63,628 bases of DNA, filler included, from 4 parts of 4 records of this genome joined end to end with filler, not necessarily neighbours in it, one strand, 5' to 3'; shown: positions 20,900 to 30,320, counted from the whole stretch's first letter. Numbers and translations: made by a program. The notes: generated by a model not told the origin, from the sequence alone.

Positions 20900-22210
20900 A
20901 TGAGTGTAACCAAAGCGTACAAACCCCGCTTTCAGCATTATGCAATAATGCTCACTATCTTAATTGGGGTAGTCTATTGGTTCCAGAGCGCCCTGGTGGC
21001 CGATTCTGTACTCTGGTTTATTAAGTCGCAGTTTAAGCCTCAAAAGAAAGAACTCGTCGAGTTTAACGGAGTGTGGGCTACGCCGTCCAAAGCGGGTGAA
21101 TCCCACATTGGCGAACCCATGCAAAAGAGCTACGTCGATCTGGAGTACTTCTTTGACTTCACGAGCGATGTTCGCACAGAGAAAGAGCATGGATACAACA
21201 AAGGTGCCGGCGAATGGATGGTTCGCGCGCCGAAGTTGGGTGAAGAAGCTATTGTTCTTGAGCCATATGGCTTCCTGCCGCTATCCTTTATCTTCGGGAT
21301 GCTGGCGGTCTTTGTAATCACCTTTATCTTACCGCCTTCGCTTGGCTACATCAGCCAGAAGGTGTATCGAGAGGTGTTTAATACCAAGGCGAAGATTCGT
21401 CTTCAGACGGGTTTCAACAATGACATTGTTGAGGTTCTGACGATGCGAAACGGTGATTTGGAGAAGCTCTTCGAGCAGAACCCAAGTTACGTTCGCGACG
21501 TATTCCGCACTGTGTGGAACCGTACAATTCCTGAAGATGAGCGCCAGGGTGATAATGGTGGACCAACACAGTTTGACAAGTTCTTCACCGATGATGAAGA
21601 TGTGTCGTCCTTCCGTAATCAAATCCTTCTTGGTCGTATCAAAGAAGTGATGTCAGAAGTTATCGTGACGGAAATTGAAGATGTTCGTTCGGCACGTGAC
21701 TATATGAAACTGCACCTGCGCATTTTCCCTGGTCTGCGTTTGTATATGGTGCATCACTTTGCACACAAATATTCGAACATCGTGACCGGTTTCGCCTATG
21801 GTGGTGCTGCTTTCCTGATTATCGCTGTTGGTATTCGCGGTCTGAAATTTATTCCGGCTACGCGTCCATCACTGATCTTCTTTGCCATCCTGATGGAATT
21901 CACAATGCTCTCGCTGCTTGCTGTGACGCTGTTCTACACAGAAGGCGAAGAGCGTATGGATAAGATGCTCAAGAAGATGGAAGACGCCAGTAAGAATCAG
22001 CTGGAATCGCTCAACCGACTGGCAACTGACATGCACAAAATGGCTGTTGCTTTTGAAGGTGGAACAACCGAGCTGATGAAAGCTAAAGTAGAAGAAGCCG
22101 TTTCCGAGTATCTGCAAAGCGAAGACAACGTCCAGTCTGCTGTAGCTCATGCTATTCGCGACAAACTGGTTGTTAGCATCAATAATTCTTTTCCGGTTGA
22201 AAACACCTAA
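20900..22210 (+). CDS. Four-TM inner-membrane protein with C-terminal coiled coil; TM3-TM4 resemble GldL/PorL
   Basis: Clean 436-aa ORF with a GAGGAG RBS and downstream terminator. FAYGGAAFLIIAVGIR...FAILMEFTML resembles the GldL TM pair. CDS is solid; the family call is tentative. Confidence 0.75.
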   Translation: MSVTKAYKPRFQHYAIMLTILIGVVYWFQSALVADSVLWFIKSQFKPQKKELVEFNGVWATPSKAGESHIGEPMQKSYVDLEYFFDFTSDVRTEKEHGYNKGAGEWMVRAPKLGEEAIVLEPYGFLPLSFIFGMLAVFVITFILPPSLGYISQKVYREVFNTKAKIRLQTGFNNDIVEVLTMRNGDLEKLFEQNPSYVRDVFRTVWNRTIPEDERQGDNGGPTQFDKFFTDDEDVSSFRNQILLGRIKEVMSEVIVTEIEDVRSARDYMKLHLRIFPGLRLYMVHHFAHKYSNIVTGFAYGGAAFLIIAVGIRGLKFIPATRPSLIFFAILMEFTMLSLLAVTLFYTEGEERMDKMLKKMEDASKNQLESLNRLATDMHKMAVAFEGGTTELMKAKVEEAVSEYLQSEDNVQSAVAHAIRDKLVVSINNSFPVENT

Positions 22211-22262
22211 GAATTATTGAGTTAACCGGAAACTGATTCTGATATAGGATCAACGACAATCT

Positions 22263-22303
22263 CAAAGGGCCACAAGTTATTGACTTGTGGCCCTTTGTTG
22301 TTT
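22263..22303 (+). terminator. Intrinsic terminator
   Basis: Perfect 15-bp stem CAAAGGGCCACAAGT-tattg-ACTTGTGGCCCTTTG followed by TTGTTT. Confidence 0.85.
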
Positions 22304-22627
22304 AAAGCAGTTTTGTGGCGGCGACCAGAGGTGAGGAACCGTGTCTACATTAGAGTTGTTGCACGGTCTATCTGCAAATCTTTCGCTTTGATACGCGTCG
22401 GTAGCTTGAATCCGGCCGAACTGTAACACGGGCACTACATGTGTGTTTGACTACTTGGAAACGCGGTCGAAACATGCAGCCGGCCACAAACGATGAAGAT
22501 GTAGGGTGACCCAGGGAGTGCATTCAAGAAACGCGAGCACTTCCGGTCAGAAAAAAGCGGTCATCCGCGGGCACATTCTCTTTCAGCGCACTCGTCAATT
22601 CATATTCTTAGATTGCGACTTCACAAT

Positions 22628-25600
22628 ATGACAAAACAAACGAACCGATGGTTGCTAACTGTCTTCGCAATTGTTTTGCCCTCGATTCTACACGTGTATT
22701 CACCGGTTCCGCTCTTGGGGCAGGTGCATGTGGATACCGACGAGCGCGGAATGACCATCGACGTAAAAACAGCGCCCGCACGCCTGATTGTTGAAAATAG
22801 CAGGTCTTATTTGCGTCTGCACGAGCAGGCACATGTTATGCCGGCCACGATGAAGGAATTTCTGGCAGAAGACCCCTTCAAGTTTAGCACTCAAGAACAG
22901 AACGGCCAGATCGGTAGAATTTTTGATTCCGGTGCGCAGCAGAATATTACAACGCTGGATGGCGTTGGACCGCTGCAGACAGAATTGCATGATAATATCG
23001 GCGTGGACCTGAGCAACTTTCCAGCCTACGCCGGTCATGACGAATTCACCTTTACGATTGCCGTACCGGATGCATCTACTCCACAGATAAGTACTGAGAT
23101 TCTAAGCGCTGATTTTGTGAGTGCTGAATTCAGTGAATCCGGTTTGTGCGATGTTGATTTGCCGCAAGCTTTTGGTGCATTTGATCAACAGGCGGTTTAC
23201 ACCTACCTGGGGAGCCACCGCGGCGTACATATTGCAGCGGTGCGCTACCAGCCATATCAGCAGGATGACAACTTTTGCCTGAAGACGGCAACGCGCACGC
23301 GCATTCGCCTGAACTTCAACCAGCCTGTTCCGACCAGCCCGAATCCTGAGGCTCCAAGACTTATGGTCTCCGTGCTGAATCAGGCACACGTTCCCTTTCT
23401 CGGAGAACGGCGCCGGCAGAGTAAATCGGCAGCCGACAAGGTTTTAGGCGGCGGCGATGCCTGGTTCTCGGTTGAACAGCCAACTGTAAAATTGACGACT
23501 GAGCGCGATGGAATCGCGCGGATAACTTTAGGCGAATTGGGTGCAGCCGGGCGCATCCTGCTCGGACGCGATCCGGCTTTTCTGCGCTTGTTTTATGACG
23601 GCGTTGAGCAGCCGATTCAGTTTGTGGACGATGGCAGCGGTCAGACGTCCGACGCTGATATTCTCTACTTTCTTGGGCGTCGCAGCACGGGAGATACGAC
23701 CTATTTTGACGTGCACAGCAATCACGCAGTTTTTTTCCTGACCTGGGCTCAGGAAGGCGAAGCTCCGCAAAGATTCGAGGCATTTCCGCAGGTCGATCAG
23801 GTGGCAGGAGATGTTGTTGATGTGACCATCAACCGTCATATCGAAGAGGATCATTTCTACAATCTGGGTGACGTGATTGTGGGACTGCCACACACCATTA
23901 ACCTGCACCGCAGCGAACCAGTGACCGGCGAAGGCTGGCTCTGGCGTGATTTGCGGCGCGGTGAAGTCTTTGAACAACGCATGCCGACGGCTCCAAGCGA
24001 ACGTCCGGGCAGTACACTCGACTTCGTGTTCCGCTACAAAACTATCAGTGATGATCAGCTCTATGCTCCCGACCACTTCCTGCAGTTTTTTGTGAACAAA
24101 GAAATGCGCGGTTCCGAACTTTTTGACGGCTACCGCGATCGCGAGTTGGTTGCACGGATTGGGACGGACTCGGTTCTGGCCGGGACCAACCTGATGGAGG
24201 TTACTTCGCTGGGCGCGCCGGAATGGCGTGAAAGCGTTGGATATGTAGACGTATCGGCGATGAACTATGTGGCGATGCGTGGCAGCGTCAAACCCTTTGC
24301 CTGGGCGGGAAGTGCCGAGTTTACAGTGGCTGCATCCGCAAACGCAGAGCGGCTTGTAATTCCCGGCTTCAGTCAACGCGACGTGTTTGTAATCGATGCC
24401 AAGAACAATCTGTTTGGAGCATTAAAGGCCGGTCGCGCAGGTGTAACGGTTCGTGCCGGTGCGCGTGCCGGAACAAACTCAGCCCGCAGCGTCTACATCA
24501 ACGATCAGGAAATTTTCTACGATAATATTCAAGGCGAAGCCGCGGTAATTGCGGACAACAATTCGGCAAGAATCATTAGTGTGTCCGATGTTCGCGGCGC
24601 GTATGCCGAGGCCGCCAATGGCACGGCAATCGTTTTGCTGTTTAACGACGAAAGCGATGTGAGTTCCGATTTCACTTCGGCAGCCGAAGCGTTGAATTTG
24701 AACGCAAATGGTGTTCGCGGTGGCACTTCCTGGATGGGAGCTGCAATTAAGGGCGGCGAGTCAATCAGTCGCGGCGGCGGTGACGCCCTGGTGGCTTCGA
24801 TTTCAACATTTCTGGTACACTCGACCGGTCAATCGCACGAGCTGGCAGTTAATCTTGAGGCGGGCCGCGAGCATGCGATCATCGCCGGTGATGCTTCAGT
24901 TGTTGAGCGTCCGGAAGTTTGGAGCGTTGGAACCAAAGACTTGAGCGCCACGTACCGCGCCGATCTGATCATCATTGCACATGCCGACTTCCGCACTGAG
25001 GCTGAAAGACTGGCGCAGTATCGTCGTGACCACAGCGGCCTGGCTGTAGAAGTTGTAGATGTTGATGACATTTACACTCAGTATAATCAGGGGCGCAAAC
25101 ACCCACAGGCAATCAAGAGTTTTCTGGACTTTGCGTATAACAACTGGGCTGCTCCGGCACCCGAAGCCCTGATTCTGTTTGGAGATGCTTCCTGGGACAT
25201 GCGCGGCGTTTCCGCCGATGCAATCAAAAAAGATTATGTGCCTGCATACGGCCGGCCGGTAAGTGATTACTGGTACGGTTTGCTCGATGGCACAGACCTC
25301 CTGGCCGATATTATCATTGGACGTATCTCCGTAGAAACACCGGAAGAAGCACGCGTTGTTGTTGACAAAATTATCAGCTACGAAGCGCAGCCCAAACGCC
25401 CATGGCAGAAGAACTTTCTGTTTTTGGCAGGGGGCAGCTCCGCGTTTGAGATTCGCGGATTCCGCTCGGATGCCATTTCAATTTCGGCCGACAATGTCTT
25501 GTCTACGCCACTTTGTGGCACGATCGACACTGTATTTAAGGCGAACGCCTCCAATGTTTCAACCTCGCAGGGACGCGTGATTCGCGAGAAGATTAATCGC

Positions 25601-28585
25601 GGTGCCGTCTGGGTGAACTACGTGGGCCATGCCGCACCGACTATTTTTGACATGGACTTTGGTGATGCCAGGGAATTGAACAACGGCGATCGTTATCCAA
25701 TGCTCGCCACATTTTCCTGCCAAACGGCGGCTTTTGCCGAGCCTTCTGTTGTAGCCAAGAATGAAGAGTTTGTGCGCGAGTCTGGTCGCGGAATGGTTGC
25801 CGCTCTCGGTACTACCGGTTTTGGCAACATCGCGGTGGATAACCTGCTGCTGCGTGGAATGTTGGCCGGGATTCGCTTCAAGAATCAGCGCCGTATGGGA
25901 GAAATTCTCTTTGAAGGTAAATGGTCCATCATGACGGGCATTGAGCGCGGCACGCAGAATCCCTTTGACTCTGTTGAGCCGGTTGTTTACAACACCGTCA
26001 TGCAGTATTCACTCATTGGCGACCCATACCTGGAATTGCCGATCGACACATTGCCGAACCTCTACGTTCTGCAGGAAGATGTGACGGTAGTGAATGCCGA
26101 CGGAAACCGGGCTATTTCTGAAAAAGATAACAAGGCCTTTGTAACTGCCATAGTTCGCAATGCCGGAATTTATATAAGTGACTCCGTAGTTGTGCGCCTG
26201 GAGCACGTGTTTGAGCAGGAATCACATATTTTCCTCGATACTGTGCCGCGCGAGTGTTTCCCGCGCGAATTCAAGTGGGAATTGGACGTGGCCACACGGC
26301 CGGGCCAGCACAAAATCGTACTTGATCTGGATCCCTTTGAAAACCTGGACGATGTAGACAGAGAGAACAATCGTTTTGAAATGAGTTTCTCCGTCTTTCC
26401 CGAAGGTGTTTTTGCTTTGGACCCACTGCCGCATTGGAATGTGGCTTTGGACAATCCTGTTTTCCGCGTCATGACGCCACGCGACTTTGAAAACTTCAAC
26501 TACGAGTTTGGCATTTCAACATCCATTCTGGAACAGGACATCTTTTTGCGTTCCGACGTCAGTGAAGCTACCGGTGAATATTACACCGAATGGCGTCCCA
26601 ACGTGGAGCTGACACAGGATCAGTCCTACTGGATGTTTGCGCGTTCAATCCTCAAGGACGGTGAGCGCCCCGGCGACTGGTTGATCATTCCATTTGTGAC
26701 GCGCCGCGTTCAGGAAACTCAACTCGCCGAAGCTTCATTACGCTCCCTGGGCGATTTTGCGGGCCTGCCGACAAGTTTTGAAATTTTACCCGAGGGTGAT
26801 TCCGTCATGCTGGCGGCGCGCAATATTCTGGTGCCGCTCAGCGTACGAGCATCAGGTAGTTTTTCTACTCGCATCATGCGTGTCCAGGTGGGAGACTCAC
26901 TCTACATCGATGATGCATTGGTGCGTGGCGTTCACGTCTACATCTTTGGCCCTGGCCAGCAGGACGCGCGCTACTACAAACGTTTTGACACTTATGATGC
27001 CGACTCCACGCTGATCGAAGAATTGTTGGGAGTCCTCGAAAATGAGGCCGGACCAAACGAAACAGTACTGTTGGCCAACTGTGATGAATCCTGGCGTCGC
27101 ATCGAGTCGCTCGAATTCGTGGAACAGTACCGCGCCGCAGTCAGAGGTCTTGGAGCCGAGTATGCCGACTCACTGGGTGAGTCCAGTACCTACTTCCTGT
27201 ATTCGCGCAATGGACGCGCGTTGTATGAAGAGTGGCGTGATGGTGGACTCGACAACACGCCGATTCAATATGATGGCGACATCGAGACATTTGCCGATTC
27301 GTATACTTTGTCTACACAAACCTTCGGACCCTCGCAGGAATGGCGCTCTTTTGCATTGGAGTCTTCCGGCGATCCCGACGGACAGTGGACTGTAGAAGTT
27401 TGGGGAACGGCTAACCGTAACTCTGCATATGAGTCGCTAAAAATCGTCGAAGCCAGAAATGTGGATCTGAGTGACATTGATGTTGAGCGTTACCCCTGGT
27501 TGCGCTTTGACCTGCGTGCCGTGCGCGGTAATGTAGACCGCGATCTGCTGCTCACCAATGTAGCCGTCACCTTTGTGCCGGAGGCCGAACTTGGAATTCT
27601 TGAGTCCGAAACCAATTTGTTGTCCGAATCTGTGCAGCGCGGCGAACCCGATCATCTGGATGTGACGGTTGAAAATCTCTCGCCACGCGCGCCCGCCAAA
27701 CCGTACTCAATTATTGGTTTGTTGGGCCCTTCAAGCGGACAAAGTGGCGGCTCGTATCGGCTTGAGTTTAACAATCCGGAGCTGCCGCCAATGCAGACCT
27801 GGTCTGGACGACAAGAAATCCTGACGGCCGATCTTGCCGAACTCTCGGAGTTGCGTTTAACAGTTGCCCCCGAGCGACTTGAGCGCGAACTATACGTCTT
27901 CAATAATGGTGCGCAGTTTGACCTGGCGGTGCAGAACGACGTCGTAGATCCTACCTTGAGAGTGTTTCTTGATGGCGAAGTGTTTGTGGATGGCAAGTTC
28001 ATTCACAATCGCCCCCGCGTCCGTGTGGAGCTCTTTGATGACTCACCTTTGCCGGTGCTGGACGTCAACAATCTGGAAATTGAGTTGCGCCGTCGTGGCC
28101 CGCTCGATGCTGAGACCTCAATGGCTGATTACAGCATTGAACTTGTCAACGATGGCTCCGGCTTAAAGGTTGTGGCTGAGTTTGATGCCGAGCTGCTGAT
28201 TGGCGATAATCCGCTGACAATTGAAGGCTGGGACGCCACGGGGAACTCCACGAGCGCCACCTTTAATCTGGTGGTTAGCTCACGCGCCGAAATTGGCAAT
28301 CCGATTGTCTCACCCAATCCTATTAGCGACAACGTCACCGTGCAATTCTCGCTGGTAGACAACTTTCTACCAACAAATGGTTGGATTGAAGTTTTTGACC
28401 TGATGGGCGGGCGCGTTGCAAGCGTTAGTTTTGCACCGGAAGTGGGGCAGAACACGGTCCAATGGAATATGCGCGCAGGCCGCAATCAACTGGTTGCGCA
28501 GGGTACGTACTACTTGCGTGTGTATGTTCTGGGTGGGTCGGCAATTTTATATAGCGACGCCGTTCCGATTATGTTCATCCGTTGA
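22628..28585 (+). CDS. Very large C25 (gingipain/PorU-like) cysteine peptidase with Ig/CARDB-like domains and a T9SS-type C-terminal domain
   Basis: DLIIIAH, VDVDDIY, LILFGDASWD, SDYWY, IGRI, catalytic NYVGH and FSC, YSLIGDP. C-terminus SPNP...IEVFDLMG...WN...GTYYLRV. Confidence 0.88.
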   Translation: MTKQTNRWLLTVFAIVLPSILHVYSPVPLLGQVHVDTDERGMTIDVKTAPARLIVENSRSYLRLHEQAHVMPATMKEFLAEDPFKFSTQEQNGQIGRIFDSGAQQNITTLDGVGPLQTELHDNIGVDLSNFPAYAGHDEFTFTIAVPDASTPQISTEILSADFVSAEFSESGLCDVDLPQAFGAFDQQAVYTYLGSHRGVHIAAVRYQPYQQDDNFCLKTATRTRIRLNFNQPVPTSPNPEAPRLMVSVLNQAHVPFLGERRRQSKSAADKVLGGGDAWFSVEQPTVKLTTERDGIARITLGELGAAGRILLGRDPAFLRLFYDGVEQPIQFVDDGSGQTSDADILYFLGRRSTGDTTYFDVHSNHAVFFLTWAQEGEAPQRFEAFPQVDQVAGDVVDVTINRHIEEDHFYNLGDVIVGLPHTINLHRSEPVTGEGWLWRDLRRGEVFEQRMPTAPSERPGSTLDFVFRYKTISDDQLYAPDHFLQFFVNKEMRGSELFDGYRDRELVARIGTDSVLAGTNLMEVTSLGAPEWRESVGYVDVSAMNYVAMRGSVKPFAWAGSAEFTVAASANAERLVIPGFSQRDVFVIDAKNNLFGALKAGRAGVTVRAGARAGTNSARSVYINDQEIFYDNIQGEAAVIADNNSARIISVSDVRGAYAEAANGTAIVLLFNDESDVSSDFTSAAEALNLNANGVRGGTSWMGAAIKGGESISRGGGDALVASISTFLVHSTGQSHELAVNLEAGREHAIIAGDASVVERPEVWSVGTKDLSATYRADLIIIAHADFRTEAERLAQYRRDHSGLAVEVVDVDDIYTQYNQGRKHPQAIKSFLDFAYNNWAAPAPEALILFGDASWDMRGVSADAIKKDYVPAYGRPVSDYWYGLLDGTDLLADIIIGRISVETPEEARVVVDKIISYEAQPKRPWQKNFLFLAGGSSAFEIRGFRSDAISISADNVLSTPLCGTIDTVFKANASNVSTSQGRVIREKINRGAVWVNYVGHAAPTIFDMDFGDARELNNGDRYPMLATFSCQTAAFAEPSVVAKNEEFVRESGRGMVAALGTTGFGNIAVDNLLLRGMLAGIRFKNQRRMGEILFEGKWSIMTGIERGTQNPFDSVEPVVYNTVMQYSLIGDPYLELPIDTLPNLYVLQEDVTVVNADGNRAISEKDNKAFVTAIVRNAGIYISDSVVVRLEHVFEQESHIFLDTVPRECFPREFKWELDVATRPGQHKIVLDLDPFENLDDVDRENNRFEMSFSVFPEGVFALDPLPHWNVALDNPVFRVMTPRDFENFNYEFGISTSILEQDIFLRSDVSEATGEYYTEWRPNVELTQDQSYWMFARSILKDGERPGDWLIIPFVTRRVQETQLAEASLRSLGDFAGLPTSFEILPEGDSVMLAARNILVPLSVRASGSFSTRIMRVQVGDSLYIDDALVRGVHVYIFGPGQQDARYYKRFDTYDADSTLIEELLGVLENEAGPNETVLLANCDESWRRIESLEFVEQYRAAVRGLGAEYADSLGESSTYFLYSRNGRALYEEWRDGGLDNTPIQYDGDIETFADSYTLSTQTFGPSQEWRSFALESSGDPDGQWTVEVWGTANRNSAYESLKIVEARNVDLSDIDVERYPWLRFDLRAVRGNVDRDLLLTNVAVTFVPEAELGILESETNLLSESVQRGEPDHLDVTVENLSPRAPAKPYSIIGLLGPSSGQSGGSYRLEFNNPELPPMQTWSGRQEILTADLAELSELRLTVAPERLERELYVFNNGAQFDLAVQNDVVDPTLRVFLDGEVFVDGKFIHNRPRVRVELFDDSPLPVLDVNNLEIELRRRGPLDAETSMADYSIELVNDGSGLKVVAEFDAELLIGDNPLTIEGWDATGNSTSATFNLVVSSRAEIGNPIVSPNPISDNVTVQFSLVDNFLPTNGWIEVFDLMGGRVASVSFAPEVGQNTVQWNMRAGRNQLVAQGTYYLRVYVLGGSAILYSDAVPIMFIR

Positions 28586-28620
28586 TCATGCTTTGTTACA
28601 ATTCGGGTGTTTAGAATACG

Positions 28621-28659
28621 CGGGCTCATTGTCATCAGGATAATGAGCCCGTCGTTTTT
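28621..28659 (+). terminator. Intrinsic terminator after the C25 gene
   Basis: CGGGCTCATTGTC-atcag-GATAATGAGCCCG followed by TCGTTTTT. Confidence 0.75.
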
Positions 28660-28731
28660 GCGGCATGTTTCGTATAAGTAACACGTCATCTAAAATCGCA
28701 CGTAGCAACTTGCATTTTTTCTACAAAACTA

Positions 28732-28762
28732 TTGTTCTACTGACGTAGAGTGCGTAACTTGC
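28732..28762 (+). promoter_or_regulatory. Putative Bacteroidota-type sigma-A promoter
   Basis: TTG (28732-34), 20-nt spacer, TAACTTGC (28755-62); approximates the -33 TTTG / -7 TAnnTTTG consensus. Confidence 0.45.
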
Positions 28763-28766
28763 TTTA

Positions 28767-29225
28767 GTCGTATCAAGATGATTAATGGCTTTGGTCGGAC
28801 TTCAAGACACTCTCCTAAATTTCGGAATGGATGCCGCATACGTCGTTTGTTCGCAATCCAGTATCTGTTCGTGAATTATCGAGCAAATGTTACATGCTGT
28901 TTGGCAACTGTGGAACACGATAGTTTAGGATTCAGCCCAGTTCTTGGTCTGCACATGCAAATATTTTCAATGCTACGACGTTGATTGTCCGATGCTTGCT
29001 TAGTGTGTACACAGGCATGCAGGTTGCAAGATGGAAGATTCAGGTTGGAGATACGCAGGATTACATCGGACAGATTGACTCGTCGGCACATTCAATGTGT
29101 CTCCCGGCTTCACGCGCCGTAGTCCGGGAGTTTTGGTTCAGCGCGTACGTTGATACTGCGCATTGATACGTTGTTCGGCGAGTTATGGCGGACGGGCCCG
29201 GTTGGCGGCCCGTCCGTTTTTTTTT
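28767..29225 (+). ncRNA. Candidate large structured non-coding RNA (unassigned)
   Basis: Lies between a promoter-like motif and a strong terminator with no credible ORF. 5'/3' closing helix CGTATCAA/TTGATACG and several nested long-range helices (see findings). Confidence 0.55.
29188..29225 (+). terminator. Strong intrinsic terminator
   Basis: GCGGACGGGCC-cggttggc-GGCCCGTCCGT followed by a T9 run. Confidence 0.88.
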
Positions 29226-29606
29226 GTGCCTATTATCACGAAATACCATCCGTTTGAGACTGATTACTAGTCGTTGGCACTATTACGCTGGTAGGGACTT
29301 GGGAATGTGTGCATGTTACATGTGTCAAACAGCTCCGGAGCGTTGACCCAGCAATGCCTTGCTTCGACGAACAGGTCGATTTGGAACTCCATGTAGCAGT
29401 GGTGTACCTCAAAAAATCACTCGGAAAACCTGAGGTAGGAAGGGACTACCCTGGAGCGAAAAAAAGGGTGAAAAATTTTGGATGGCGGCTGGCGGGGTAG
29501 GGGACTTCCCTTTTTTAAACGTCCTCAATCCAGTTACTTTTATTCAATGTTTTCAGTAATTATTGAAAATAGGTGTCGGGTTCCATTTCAGCACTTCAAA
29601 TAATTT

Positions 29607-29775
29607 GCTCGGGATTCGGCTTTTGACTCGGCTCGGGATTTGGCTTGGGATTTGGCAATTGACTCGGCTCGGGATTCGGCATTTGACTCGACTTTGGATT
29701 CGGCTTTTGACTCGGCTTGGGGGGGCGGCTCGGGATTCGGCTTCTGACTCGGCTCGGGATTTGGCTTAGGACTCA
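29607..29775. repeat. 12-bp tandem repeat array (~14 units)
   Basis: Units GCTCGGGATTCG, GCTTTTGACTCG and variants; one 13-bp unit at 29715-29727. Confidence 0.9.
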
Positions 29776-30003
29776 TCACTGGACTGATCAGCGGACTAGT
29801 CACAGACGCAACTGCGAACTCTGACTCAGTTGTGGATTAAGACTCAGCATTTTAGCCACACTCGACGCTTTGAGCCCGCTTGTCACATCCGTTCCAATCT
29901 GGTCTCAGGCTTGTTGGATTTTCTTGTTTGGCACTGAGATTTACGTTGCGCTGCGCTGCAGACACAGGGAGTTGCGGCAGACGCGGTGACTTCAGCATCG
30001 GCA

Positions 30004-30062
30004 CCCAAAAACTAACAAAAGCAAAAAAGTAAGCCACAGACCGCAGGGATAGGGGCGAAGCG
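30004..30062. repeat. Dispersed ~55-nt motif, copy 2
   Basis: Shares 17-, 10- and 11-nt identical blocks with 18632-18682 in the same orientation. Confidence 0.8.
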
Positions 30063-30078
30063 CTCAGGCCTCATGTTG

Positions 30079-30320
30079 CCAGGCCAAACCACAAGTCAGT
30101 TAAGAAAACAACAGCCAGTCCAAACCACAAGTCAGTTAAGAACACAACAACCAGGCCAAACCACAAATCAATTAACAGACCAACCGCCAAACCAAGCCAC
30201 AAGCCAGCCAGCCGCGAATAATCAAACCCAGTTAAAACTCGGTTAAAAGATCATTAACTGAACCAAGCCGCAAATCTGTTAACAGGTTAATACGCAGCAC
30301 TAGCCACACTTCTGTTAACA
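30079..30320. repeat. 36-bp tandem repeat, progressively degenerate
   Basis: CCAGGCCAAACCACAAGTCAGTTAAGAAAACAACAG at 30079, near-identical at 30115, diverged at 30151 and 30187, relics near 30263 and 30300. Confidence 0.85.

Noticed and set aside
28767-29225. RNase P RNA, tmRNA, SRP or 6S RNA identity for the candidate ncRNA
   Set aside because: No GAGGAAAGTCC (RNase P), no tRNA-like GGGG...CCA ends (tmRNA), no SRP helix-8 motif, and too long and branched for 6S. A formal Rfam search is still needed.
28778-29249. Short ORFs of 61-71 aa in the track
   Set aside because: No recognisable domains, mostly non-ATG starts, mutually overlapping; RNA structure explains the region better.
29563-29803. 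Repeat-peptide ORFs (AESRAESK..., LGIRLLTR...)
   Set aside because: Read-through of a stop-free DNA tandem repeat, with a 13-bp unit that switches the peptide register.
30079-30320. CRISPR array (36-bp period)
   Set aside because: Units are head-to-tail with no unique spacers, and no cas genes are in the contig.
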